The translations under genes and the position numbers were made by a program. The notes below the pieces were generated by a model. That model was not told the origin of the DNA, searched no databases, and worked only from the letters and a program-made list of their open reading frames with translations. A stretch of 64,000 bases of DNA from Octopus bimaculoides (lineage: Eukaryota): positions 116,203,587-116,267,586 of the forward strand of contig NC_068981.1 of assembly GCF_001194135.2 (NCBI RefSeq). Direction: 5' to 3'. Below, piece by piece: positions 14,941 through 26,500 of the stretch (positions are counted from its first letter, which is position 1; each line of letters begins with the position of its first letter).

Positions 14941-14977
14941 TGTTTCCGAAGAAGAGCTTTGCTCGAAACGTAAAACA
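14941..14977 (+). ncRNA. Minimal type I hammerhead ribozyme-like motif (Penelope-associated type)
   Basis: Stem I UGUUU/AAACA, core CCGAAGA (U4->C), extra A, stem II GAGC-UUU-GCUC, GAAA, loopless palindromic stem III ACGU, and a GUA cleavage triplet ending at 14972. Confidence 0.6.
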
Positions 14978-16569
14978 ACCACTACTTCTTTCCTTCTCTG
15001 AGCGTCTTATTAGTACTTAGTATGTACCACGTCCTTGCGTTGTTGTTTTGTCTTGTCTTTTTTCTCTGTTTTTTTTTTATTAATTATATATATCGATGTG
15101 TGCGTTTGTATGCGTGTGTGGGTACTACGTACGTATGTATGTGTGTGTGTGTGTGTGTGTGTGTTGGTTTTATATATACTTTAATTGTTGTTTTCTTGGA
15201 AAACGACATCAATAATTCAAAAGTTTACGTTGATCCTAGTTTTTTTGTTTACTAAGCCTGATATTTATTTTATTCAACTCTTTGTAGAACCACTAGGAAA
15301 AGTTACACTAACACATACGCGGACATCGACACTGACACTCATAGTTGTACACAAAACACATGTTTGTATGTGCATGTGTATATTCATGTGTGCATATGCA
15401 TGTGTTTGTGTATGCGCGCATGTGAATATCTGATATATGGTTGATTAATTTGTGAAGTTAAGAATTACCTGTGCGTATGCGTATGTAAATGCATGTGTGT
15501 ATACATACACATACATTTACACAGGTAGTTCTTGGCTTCACGACTCAATCTATCGTCTATCGCAAATGGTAATTATTTCCTATATTATCATGAATCAGTT
15601 TAGGATGCCTCCATAAAGATTTCTAGTTGAAAATAAAATGGCACGTTGAACTCAATCAAATATACTAGAGATGAACAAAGGATGCTGGGCATAACCGAGC
15701 TTGTTTGGCCTTTGGCACAATTGAACGTTCTATTCATCCGCTAGAACATCATTTTGGAATAGTGCGCATCGAGTTACGAGGAATTTTTTTTTTAATAGTT
15801 TGTACTTTTGTTTTGAATTTAGTTGTTAAGCAGTTGTTGCTTGTGTTTCGCTCAGCTCAGCCCTGTTTCGAATGTCAGTGTACGTAGACCAATATACCTT
15901 TATTTAAGCCTTGATTTTCTTACTCAAGAGGGATTCTAAGAAATCGCGGTTAGATCATTGAGCAGTTCTGATAGACTGTAGTACAGTTATTTTGGCTTCT
16001 CCATTTCTCTCTCTCCCTTTCCTTTTCTCCCTTTCCCCCTCACTCTCTCACTTCTAGTTACCAATTTTGCCTCGATGTTTAGGCCGTTAACTTAATTTTA
16101 GATTATGTATACAGTACGTTTTCATTTAATAACCTCACTCTTATTCTGTTACAATCTCTTCTAGTAGTTTAACCATCACCCCCACCCCCTTCGACAATGC
16201 AATTAGTCTACTTCTATGCTCACTACGATGGAAGTGTTTTAATCATAATGATGGAATGCGCTGGTCATTCACTATAGTTTTCTATATTTATTTTCTTGTT
16301 TTGTATTTTCGGTTACAAATGTAGTTAGTTTCGTTTTCTAGTTTTTATTTATTTAATTACTAAAATACGCCTTTTGTCCCTTGATGCACGAAGATTTTTT
16401 ATCAAAATTAAAAACATATTTCCTTACAACATAAACCCTATCTCAATGTGCTGGCACATATAGACTTAAATACTCGTATTTGTGTTTATTGCAGATAAGG
16501 ATATATTTTAAAATTATTGAACACGGAAAGATTATTTGAAGCTATCATATGACTATTGTCAAATACATA

Positions 16570-17420
16570 CTTATTTGCTGCTGCAAATAGTAATGGTCAT
16601 AGAACCTGCAGAGCACAGTTTTAGGACCATTACTCTTTATTGTCACCCTTCGAGTATAATCTTACAGGTGCACTCAGCCAATGTCAGAAAGATATCGATG
16701 GCTATCCAAACTCTACTCCATAATGAGCTAAACCTGATTTACCAATTTGCAGATAAAAACAATACGAAATTCAATGCATTCAAGTTTTCCATCACGCAGG
16801 GAATATCCACAAATCACATTATTTCACATCAGATAACAATGATTCAGAGCGCCAGTTAACTACGACACTTATGGTGCATCTTTCATCTGCCAAATCACCA
16901 ACATTTTCTCTAAATTGAGACATCTCATACGATGGATCCTTCGAACTTTTGTGACAAGAAAAAACGATTGTTATGATAACTCTATATGCAAAAGTTTAGT
17001 TCTGAGCAGATAGATTACTGCTTACAGCTTTGGTCTTCAAATACATCTGGTCCTGTAGGAGAAATTTAAGGATTATAAAGAACTATCATCTGTTAACTAA
17101 CTTTGATTAAAAGATTTAATTGCTGCGAGCGTCAGAAAGCTCTGCGTCTCTACTCTCTTGAACATCAAAGAGAGAGATATACTACCATATATGTATGGAA
17201 ATTCCAGGAGGGGCATGTTCCAAAACTTGGACATCAGAGTACATTTTAATGCTCCACCTGGCTGATACTGCTAGCCTTGAAATTACGAGCAAAAACACTC
17301 TATTGTATCCGTCTAATATTTAGAGGTTCCCCGTTGTTCAACTGCTACAAATTTAATTACAGTCGAACTTCCAGTCATAGAGGGACAACAAGAGCGAAAG
17401 AAAATAAATGAGGGTGTTTA
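16570..17420 (+). mobile_element. CR1-type LINE, RT and 3' region, degenerate
   Basis: QSTVLGPLLFIVTL (RT PQG motif), LNLIYQFADKNNTKFNAFKF, IDYCLQLWS and LRLYSLEHQRERYTTIYVWK appear in order across frameshifts. Confidence 0.7.
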
Positions 17421-18189
17421 ATAGCAGTTATCTTTTGAATAATCGATGATATCCTACAATATATATATATATTGATAGAAAAGGTAAGACAACAAAATAA
17501 AGAAAGAGACCTCGATATTATGTAAATAGAAGAATTTATCTGTAAATGATGTGTGACAATTAATTATTCGGTAGCCATGATAAAACTCCAAGTTTCGGAA
17601 GCCCACGCCGTCGTCTCTTCAGTTATCTGGCCATCGAAGAATGCTATGAAAATGACATTTAAACAAAGGGAAATTACAGTGTGGTTGACCGTTATTAAGA
17701 CAAAGGAGCTATTAGAATCACCGCTAAGTGAGGGGAGGGAGTAAAGGTAAGGAAGTAAAAATGTCCATAGTATTCACGTTAGCGCACCAGTCCATACGTA
17801 CACATGCGCGCCCGCGCACCCACGTACATGCGCCTAAATATATATATATATATACTCATCCACCCTCACTTGAAACACACACAACCTCACCCACACTTTC
17901 GCCAAAAAATATATATATACCCGCATACACGCCCACACACACACACACGCACGCAACACGCTCGTACACCTACACACGCGCGCAAAAAGGTTCATACACA
18001 CATCTATATACGCACAGGAAAAAAGCAGGGTGGAAGGTAGAATACAGAAAAACTATGTGTAAAAAATATATAAAACAATATCTCTATAAATATGTAAAAA
18101 ATATATATGAAATATAAGTGAAAAGTATAGAGAGATGAAAAGCTTGCACACATTAGTGAAAACAAATCCTATCAGTAATCTCGGGGGAC

Positions 18190-18990
18190 CAAAAACGTAA
18201 CAAATATTTAGCCACATGTGGATATGATCCGAAAAGTTCAGTTCTTGAATTTAGGCATATGGTGGTGTCTAAGCTGCCTTTTCAGATGAGCCATCTTTCC
18301 ATATCACAAAGACCGCATTTTCCGCTGCCGTTGGTGTAGGGTTTACACTTGGCTAAGATCTTCCAATGGATGTTGTAACTGACACCTTTATCTTTTAAGG
18401 ACCATATATGACTGGTTAATTTGGTCGTTTTCCTCTTATCCCAGTGCCTGAAGATTGAGGTGATTGTTGAATCTGGCTTCGAAATTACCCTCTGTAAGGC
18501 ACACGTATTCCTTCGTCGAAACTGTATCCTTAGTGGATATAGAGTGCACGGTGGCTATAATAAATGATGGTCTCGGACATGCAAGCTCCATTTAGCAGGC
18601 ACAAATTTTTATCCCTACATAAATAGCTAGTTTCATATTGTGGTTTTTGTGTGTTGTGTATGATTATATTTTTTAAATTAGTGGTTGAGCTGAAGCTGAT
18701 TTTTAAGTTATGTCTATTGAAGAGCTTTCTGTAACTATGGTTGATTGGAAAATGTCTTTCTATCAGTGCTAAGAAATACTTGCCTATATTAAAGGTCACT
18801 TTGGGTGAGTAGGAGGGTGTGAACCAGATAGTTTTCCTATTTCTATGTTTCCTTTTCTTTATTATTGGACTGGTGGCAGGTGTATAGGTTATTTCCTCAC
18901 TAAAACCACTATCTTTTAGTGCCTTATTATATACTGGGGCAACGCTATTAAAAATGTCCCTATCAGAGCAGAGGCTAGATATTCGTTAAA
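18190..18990 (-). mobile_element. Penelope-like element, GIY-YIG region to C-terminus, degenerate
   Basis: FNIGKYFLALIERHFP...KLFNRHNLKISFS, CRDKNLCLLNGAC, LTEGNFEARFNNH, WKILAKCKPY...KCGLCDME and LNSRTEL. Confidence 0.8.
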
Positions 18991-19056
18991 TTTAGAAAAA
19001 TATTCGGATTGTTAATGTTTGTTTCATACGCACATACTGATATACATACATACACA

Positions 19057-19090
<34 letters not shown>

Positions 19091-20021
19091 CATACATACA
19101 TATATACATACATACATACATATATACATACATACATTTTTTCTAGAACCTCCAGTCTTCTCCGCCTAAAGGAACTTATCACCTTCACATTTTCCATTTA
19201 TATTTTCTATAAAAACACTGGCTTCCACTTCTACCAACATTTTCCTTCGCGAAAACCACCTGCATAAAACGTGTCATCTCCTATTTCCAGTTCCAACAAC
19301 TCCGCAGACGATTTTATTCATTCTACGAGTGTATCCATCCATCCTTATGCAAGCTGCGTTTCTTATGACTCAACCAGTGATCGCATCATAAATTTTATAT
19401 CTCGCGTCCGGAATACAACCATGCGACACCTCATTCATCGCATTCCTTCCTTAAACTCGACCGCAACCAACGCACATTCGTCATCCACAGCTGCTCTTTT
19501 CACACCCATGCCCCACTCAGATCTGTTCCTTACTTTCTTTACTGCTGGCACACTTACACTTGCCTTTCCAAATCATCACTTTCATCAAACCTACACACTA
19601 TACGTTCCACTTAAGGGATTCATTTCGATGAAAGCCTAAAAACTTCATATGCACACCAATGTTTCAGGTGCAACATGATCAACATCGGATAAATCGGCTG
19701 CCGACAATCCGACAGGTTTGCATAACATCTCAAAGACATCAGACTTGTCAACGAGTTCCCTGTTTCTCGAAATTTCGGTAGCGATAACCGCTCCACCTAA
19801 CACCTTCTGGTCTTGGAAACCAGTATAGGATGCCCCCTTTCCTTTCTCAAAACGTACACATTCATCGGACCAAATTCATCACTCCCTCCACTTACACTTG
19901 AAGCCCCTCGCATCAAATTTAGATTTCTCCACCTTAACCTTGCTGCATCCCTCTTCCTAGCAGCCCCCTGCACTAAATTCTGTCACCTTCGCCTCACACG
20001 TCATCATTGTCTCTCAAGCAC

Positions 20022-20553
20022 TTACTAATACATATATATACATAAATGTGCAATAGTGTTTGTTTGTGTGTGTGTTTGGGGTTACTCTAACCCCCCTCCC
20101 CACACTGTCAAACCGATTTTAATGATTTTTAGCACATAGGTAGATCACATGCCCTGAATTTCAAATAAGACTGGAATTTCTCGAAAACTCAATAATGTTC
20201 AGTTGGCATCGATTTTGTGAGCTCAATCGAACGTTTGAATGGAAATTCCTATAACGATGTTATTTTTTCCAGCAGCTTTTGCATTTTTTCACGTGTAATA
20301 TTTCCACAGAATCTATAGAATTAAATAAAGGCCTTATGCAACACCGCTCCTTCAACAAAACTCCGTCACCTGCCCTGATCATTTTTGCTCCGCCTGCCAC
20401 ACATCTACTCATCCTGCGACAGCCTGCCGAGTCAGATATTACATCTTAATGGGTAATAGTTGGCAAGAGGAACGTAGAAGATTTCAATACAAGGTCAGAG
20501 GCGGGCTTAACTTCAACACGGAAAACACGAGCAACGAAGGATCCAGCAGCTAG
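20022..20553 (+). mobile_element. Probable non-autonomous Helitron
   Basis: 5' tactaata...atatatacataaatgtgcaatagtgtttgtttgtgtg followed by aaccgattttaatgattttt, and a 3' end gagcaacgaaggatccagcagCTAG|T. This resembles invertebrate non-autonomous Helitrons, but the subterminal hairpin is degenerate. Confidence 0.4.
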
Positions 20554-22028
20554 TTTTTCACATAAACACATATAAAGCTTCTTTTAAAACACTTTCCGTC
20601 TTGCATTAATACTTTTCATTTACACACGTATATTCACGCATGCATAATCATTTGTCATCTAACATTTGTTTTGCTGACACATACACACACATATGCACGC
20701 ACGCACATACACACAACCTATCATACTCAAACTCAGACACAAACTCAAACACCTTATTCGGGCAGACGCATATAAATCTTCGCACACGCACATAGACCTA
20801 CACACATATACTCAATTCATCCACAGCTTTTCTCGTTTTCACATGCACACACCAAGGAACAAGCACATACACGTGCCCAAACGCACCTAATTGTTACATG
20901 CAGAAGCATATACAATCATTGGTACTCAAATATATACGCACCCACTCTCGACTTATACACACACATACCCACACCGTTACGGGGGCACACAAACACACTT
21001 ACGTACTCATGCATAGTACACTCACGCATAAAAGCACATATACTTCAACACATCAAATTTTCAGTATTGCTTAAAAGCTGTGTCTCACATTTCCTCCCTA
21101 CAACTTTTCACCTCTGCTTGACAGCTACTGACACCTGAGGTTACCGATACCCGCTCATGCATTCTTCCCTTGCTGCTTCCTCTACTTACTATACATACTT
21201 TATTCAAACAGTTAAATCTTCTTCCTACCGCCATTTTTATTCCACAAGCGTCAAGTCTGGCTTTGGACCTATTCACTACATTTATTTTTCTCCATGTATT
21301 TTACCAGCTTCTTCATTACAGGTGTTTGTTCTCCTTAGTGGGTTTTATCATTATCTTGCAAACTTCTGGACACTCTACCAAGCTCTCGGGAATTTTAACC
21401 AGTTCTTTTTATTTTCTTTCATTTTTCTCAGAATTCATAATTTTTTTTTTCTCTTTTCAAATCATATTTTAAACCCTTCCTTTTCGTTACAAAACGTTTT
21501 CTCTCTCATATGTAAATTTGTTACTCACTTGTACACACATCAATAAAATATAGCTTTGCCATTCCATCCGATTAACTAACATTTTCCTTTGAACTCTCAC
21601 CTGCTTTCTTCTCCTTATATGCTCATATTCACGCAACTCAGCAAAATATTACACACAAATGCACATACACATATTCTTCAGCACGCTTCCACTGTAACTA
21701 CTACCAGTATATTTCCATATTTGCAAACCTCTATACACAGAGTGCACCATATTTATACAACTAATACACTCTTATGTTGGCATCTACACACCTACCACTT
21801 CCTGCTTCTTAACGCACTCCCAGTGCAGTACTCCTAGATGCTTTCTCAATCTTCGTCTAATTTTTTCACTGACTATTTCCCTTTCTCACTGTCTCAACAG
21901 ATCTCTCTTCTGATGAACAACTAAAATTGGAAACCCTAAGACACTTCCTCTTTCCGTAAATGTGTTAAGCTAATATTTCATTTGTCATTGTTCTTCCTGG
22001 ATTGTTCTTTTTGTTATTCTTTGTATTT

Positions 22029-22033
<5 letters not shown>

Positions 22034-22102
<69 letters not shown>
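22034..22102. repeat. (GT)n microsatellite
   Basis: Direct reading of the sequence. Confidence 0.95.
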
Positions 22103-22106
<4 letters not shown>

Positions 22107-23140
22107 TGCCTGTGTTTGTCTTTGTGTGTGTGTGTGAGACTCATGCATTCAAATGACCAAATTTCATACAACAGCATAGTGAAAGAAGACAAGTCTGATA
22201 CAAATTTTAGCATTTGCTGCGTGTATAACATTTATCTGCTTTTTATTTGATTCTACCGAATGAGGCCTGGGGATGAATTCAGCTTTAAGCACCTAGTGAA
22301 TTACAATGAAAAATGATGTGAAAATATTGCATGCAGAAAGAAGTCTACGCAAAAGTCTACATATTCGGCACTAGCTGAACACCAGATACCTCGGCTAGTA
22401 ACTCTAATAGTCAATTGATAGTAACATTTATTTAGCAAATGAATTTTAATTGCACACTGTCAGAATAGTGATATGTTTGTAGTGTAGCGCACGAGCGTGT
22501 TTAAGAGTGTGTGTGCGTGTGTGTGTGTGTGTGTCTGTGTGTGTGTGTGTGCTATATCTCTGTCATTCTGAGAGGAGCATAGAGTTGCACGATCAACGGA
22601 ATTACTTGCTTCTGAATTAACGTGTGACTGACCATTCGTCAGAACTGTAACCTTAATCCTCAGGCAAAAGAAAAGTGACATAATGTGTACTGAAGATACA
22701 AACCCCTCTACCATCATCTCCACATACACACTCACAAACACACATGTATGTATACATGTATATATTGGCCTGACTACTAATTTTCAAACGGAACATACGG
22801 TTCTGTTTCAAATGGTGCCTTAGTCAAAGGTAACCATAGAGTCATGCACACACAAACATACACTCACATACATACACATACACATAAACGCCCATACTCA
22901 CACATACATAGGATGGAATTCTGATAGTTTCTGCTTAACCTCTCACAAAAGGCACTGAGTTTGACTTCACCATTAGAACACAACCATTTCTGCTAAACTC
23001 CCGACTGCATGATGTTGCTGCCAACGTCTTGTAGGACGACTAAGCGCAACCAACAAACACAGTACAAACAACATATGTGTGATATTAACAAGTTTAATTA
23101 TATTGCGATGCCCAAAAGTTTAAAGACTTATACAACAATA

Positions 23141-23154
23141 TTGTTCTTTTCCAG
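23141..23154 (+). promoter_or_regulatory. 3' splice site (polypyrimidine tract + CAG)
   Basis: ttgttcttttccAG lies exactly where LIM protein homology begins. Confidence 0.85.
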
Positions 23155-23570
23155 GAGGTACGCAATTCGTCAGTGTGCTCGATGCAACACGGGTATTTCT
23201 GCACAAGAACTTGTCATGAGGGTGCGTGACCTAGTGTACCATCTAGGCTGTTTTGTGTGTGAAGGCTGTAACAGGCCATTGACCAAGGGGGACCATTTCG
23301 GCATGAAAGGCGATCTGGTTTACTGTCGGACAGATTATGAACTCTTATTTCAGGAAGGATGCAGGGAATATGTACCATTGAGGGAACAGAGAACAGATGA
23401 ATCAGGAGGCCATAACGAAAGTTTATGTGATGTCAGACCTCTGGTAGCTGGACTTGAAAGAGGCCATATCCCATCTAACTATACTGGAGTGGTTCTGCCA
23501 ATACAGCCAAAAGGTAGATCACGTAAAAGAAAAACAGCATGCTTAAATGCGACGCTAAATTGCCAGGCTG
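23155..23570 (+). CDS. Lhx2/9: Internal coding exon of a LIM-homeobox gene, Lhx2/9 (apterous) group: second LIM domain plus linker; phase 2 start, phase 1 end
   Basis: RYAIRQCARCNTGISAQELVMRVRDLVYHLGCFVCEGCNRPLTKGDHFGMKGDLVYCRTDYE has the LIM pattern C-x2-C-x18-H-x2-C-x2-C-x2-C-x18-C-x2-D and the Lhx2/9-type CARC..GISA.E.VMR.RDLVYHL.CF and GDHFGMK blocks. It is followed by KGRSRKRK and bounded by canonical AG/GT sites. Confidence 0.93.
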
Positions 23571-23576
23571 GTGAGT
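23571..23576 (+). promoter_or_regulatory. 5' splice donor GTGAGT
   Basis: Consensus G|GTGAGT, followed by an in-frame stop and a microsatellite. Confidence 0.88.
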
Positions 23577-23602
23577 AAATGACTTCATTATTATAACGTC
23601 TT

Positions 23603-23634
23603 TCTTCCTTCCTTCCTTCCTTTCTTTCTTTCTT

Positions 23635-23718
<84 letters not shown>

Positions 23719-23720
23719 TT
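23603..23720. repeat. (TTCC)n/(TTTC)n microsatellite
   Basis: Direct reading; it begins about 30 nt after the donor. Confidence 0.95.
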
Positions 23721-23966
23721 TTATTTCTTTCTCTCTCTCTCCCCTCCCACACNNNNNNNNNNNNNNNNNNNNNNNNNNNNNNNNNNNNNNNNNNNNNNNN
23801 NNNNNNNNNNNNNNNNNNNNNNNNNNNNNNNNNNNNNNNNNNNNNNNNNNNNNNNNNNNNNNNNNNNNNNNNNNNNNNNNNNNNNNNNNNNNNNNNNNNN
23901 NNNNNNNNNNNNNNNNNNNNNNNNNNNNNNNNNNNNNNNNNNNNNNNNNNNNNNNNNNNNTGTGCG

Positions 23967-24017
<51 letters not shown>

Positions 24018-24067
24018 ACGTGTGTGTACATATATGTATGAATATATGCATATATTTATATATTATT

Positions 24068-24112
<45 letters not shown>

Positions 24113-24138
24113 GCGAAGAAAATGGAGAGCATACACAG

Positions 24139-24407
24139 AATAATTAATATATTTATTATAATAATAGTCATTTCATGTTGCCTACGCGCATTTCGGTTAA
24201 TTCCTTAAATACATATTTAGACAATTAAATTGCATTATGAATTTGAAACACCAAAACCCTTCATCAGTCAATTTTTTCCCTGATGAAGGTTTTACTTTCT
24301 CAAATTCATAATGCAATCTAATTGCATAAATATAAATTTAAGTAATAAACCGAAATTTGAGTAGGCAACATGAATTGACTATTGTTATAATGAATGTATT
24401 GATTATT
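24139..24407. repeat. Imperfect inverted repeat, ~128 bp arms and 12 nt loop, each arm carrying a hammerhead-like core
   Basis: The reverse complement of 24139-24267 aligns to 24280-24407 with about 19 substitutions and 1 indel by manual count (~85%). Confidence 0.9.
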
Positions 24408-24673
24408 ATGAGTACACAATCTCCCTTTTCTTTACTCTGTTAAAATTTTTCTCCTATATCGAGTGGAAACTTCTATAGCGACAACTAGAATTTCAAAAGT
24501 GTGAAGTACTAAAATCGTAGAAGAGCCAACGATAAGCACTAGTACATATGCACATGTGGAATTTCCAGTATCCTCAATTGACATAAAGCTAAACTGGTAT
24601 ACGCTTGGACAAGTATCCCGAAAAAGAACCACTCCTTCCACACTGACTTATATGTACATATGCATATATATAT

Positions 24674-24735
24674 AGATTCAAGTGAATATGGTACTTAAGT
24701 TTAGGCACCAGAATTAAGTATAGTATTATCCAAAA
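24674..24735 (+). repeat. Short dispersed repeat, second copy at 61618-61687
   Basis: tagattca...gaatatggtactta(a/t)gtttaggcaccagaat is shared by both sites. Confidence 0.7.
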
Positions 24736-24976
24736 TGTTTTTTTGTATTCTTTCTTTCTACTTGGAGAGTTTAAATGTAGTTATAAAATATGTCCTTTTG
24801 TTGAAATGTAATTTCAGTAAATTTCTATATCTTTGTGCAGCTGAGGATTGCTTTGCATTTTATATATGATGTAATGTTGACATTGCTTAATGAAATGGAG
24901 TCGCATGAAACGATCGTACTGCATTAACTTTGAATATCTTGTTGCTTATTTTGACTATATATATGTCTGTCATACC

Positions 24977-25016
24977 GGCCATGACGAAAGAAAATAACCC
25001 TGAAACTCGAGTCGCC
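24977..25016 (+). ncRNA. Degenerate minimal hammerhead-like motif
   Basis: ggc-c(a)tgacga-a...ccct-GAAA-CTCGAG-TC-gcc, with palindromic stem III ACUCGAGU and a GUC triplet. The core and stem II are damaged. Confidence 0.4.
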
Positions 25017-25557
25017 TTTATATATTTATATATTTGATCCTTTATATTGAACACTCAATATTTCATCTACATTCAATATTTTATTTCATGGTGCCATCCA
25101 TTTTTATTTTATTTTATATTATATATTGTATATTATATTATATATTGTATATTCCATATTCTATATCCCACATTGGTTCTGCAGGAATATAAATAAAACA
25201 TAAAAAACAGACAGTGTTGGAACTCTTTTAAACAAAATANNNNNNNNNNNNNNNNNNNNNNNNNNNNNNNNNNNNNNNNNNNNNNNNNNNNNNNNNNNNN
25301 NNNNNNNNNNNNNNNNNNNNNNNNNNNNNNNNNNNNNNNNNNNNNNNNNNNNNNNNNNNNNNNNNNNNNNNNNNNNNNNNNNNNNNNNNNNNNNNNNNNN
25401 NNNNNNNNNNNNNNNNNNNNNNNNNNNNNNNNNNNNNNNNNNNNNNNNNNNNNNNNNNNNNNNNNNNNNNNNNNNNNNNNNNNNNNNNNNNNNNNNNNNN
25501 NNNNNNNNNNNNNNNNNNNNNNNNNNNNNNNNNNNNNNNNNNNNNNNNNNTATACAC

Positions 25558-25933
25558 ATATTAATAGTTATCGCCAAGCCAACATGGCAGTCCAAAAAAT
25601 AGGACGAATGCTGCCGTTGATTAGCTCCAAGAAGCCATCGACTCTAGCTAGCTATGTGACACACGAACTTGTGTCCTTTATAACCTTCGAACAGAGGAGG
25701 TCAGCAGCTTCCCTTTGCTGGTTTGGCATCTACAGACTAGTTCCAAGGTATTGCCCCTTGTCAATGTAGAGCAGCCGAACCCAGCAGGCGTCGCTACTGA
25801 CCGTCTGTACGAAGGATTATTTATCTAATTTCAGTGGAATACATCCACTGGTTTTCAGAAATAGAGATATTAATATTTCTAAGTCTCTCTATTTTTTGGA
25901 CTGCCATGTTGGCTTAGCGATAACTATCAATAT
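25558..25933. repeat. Inverted repeat pair A (45 bp arms at 25558-25602 and 25889-25933)
   Basis: atattaatagttatcgccaagccaacatggcagtccaaaaaatag matches the reverse complement of the right arm with 2 mismatches. Confidence 0.9.
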
Positions 25934-25989
25934 CCAGTGCCGCTGCCGTAGTCTCCTTTAGAGAGACTTAGAAATATTAATATCTCTAT
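25861..25989. repeat. Inverted repeat pair B (31 bp perfect arms), MITE-like 129 bp unit
   Basis: atagagatattaatatttctaagtctctcta (25861-25891) is the exact reverse complement of 25959-25989. The right end abuts an N gap. Confidence 0.9.
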
Positions 25990-26499
25990 NNNNNNNNNNC
26001 TCTCGATGCAAGCAAACAATTCACGGGAAAAAATAATTCCCAAAAATTAATTTGCTAAAAATATCATTAATTTTATTATCTGGTATGACTATTTAAAAAG
26101 ATGATAATAACAGAATCAATATTACAGGCAATTTCAGGCCCAAGAAAAGCATTAAATGACTGAAGGATTAAAATTAATCAAAGGACATACTAAATATGTC
26201 TACTTGATGGAAATATCAGTCAAAACTCTTATTTAAATCCTCAAAAATACACTACAGAAATCAACTGAAAGCAGATCAGGTTAATAAAATCTCCTAACAT
26301 ACATTTAAGTATTATGGCTCGTGTGGACCAGTTTCTGCACTGGCAAAAATATCGCCTTAGCTTTCTCAGCATGCGTTACCATGATAGAAACGCAAGTCGA
26401 CATCGGCCGAATTTGAGCTCAGGACGTAAAGACATATGAAATACTGCTAAACATTTCGTCTTGCGTGTTAACGGCCTACAAACTCATGGTTTTAATAAT

Positions 26500-26500
26500 G

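Noticed and set aside
23009-23154. 5' extension of ORF 23009-23578 (MMLLPTS...ILFFS)
   Set aside because: It lies upstream of a strong acceptor and has no LIM homology, so it is chance open intron.
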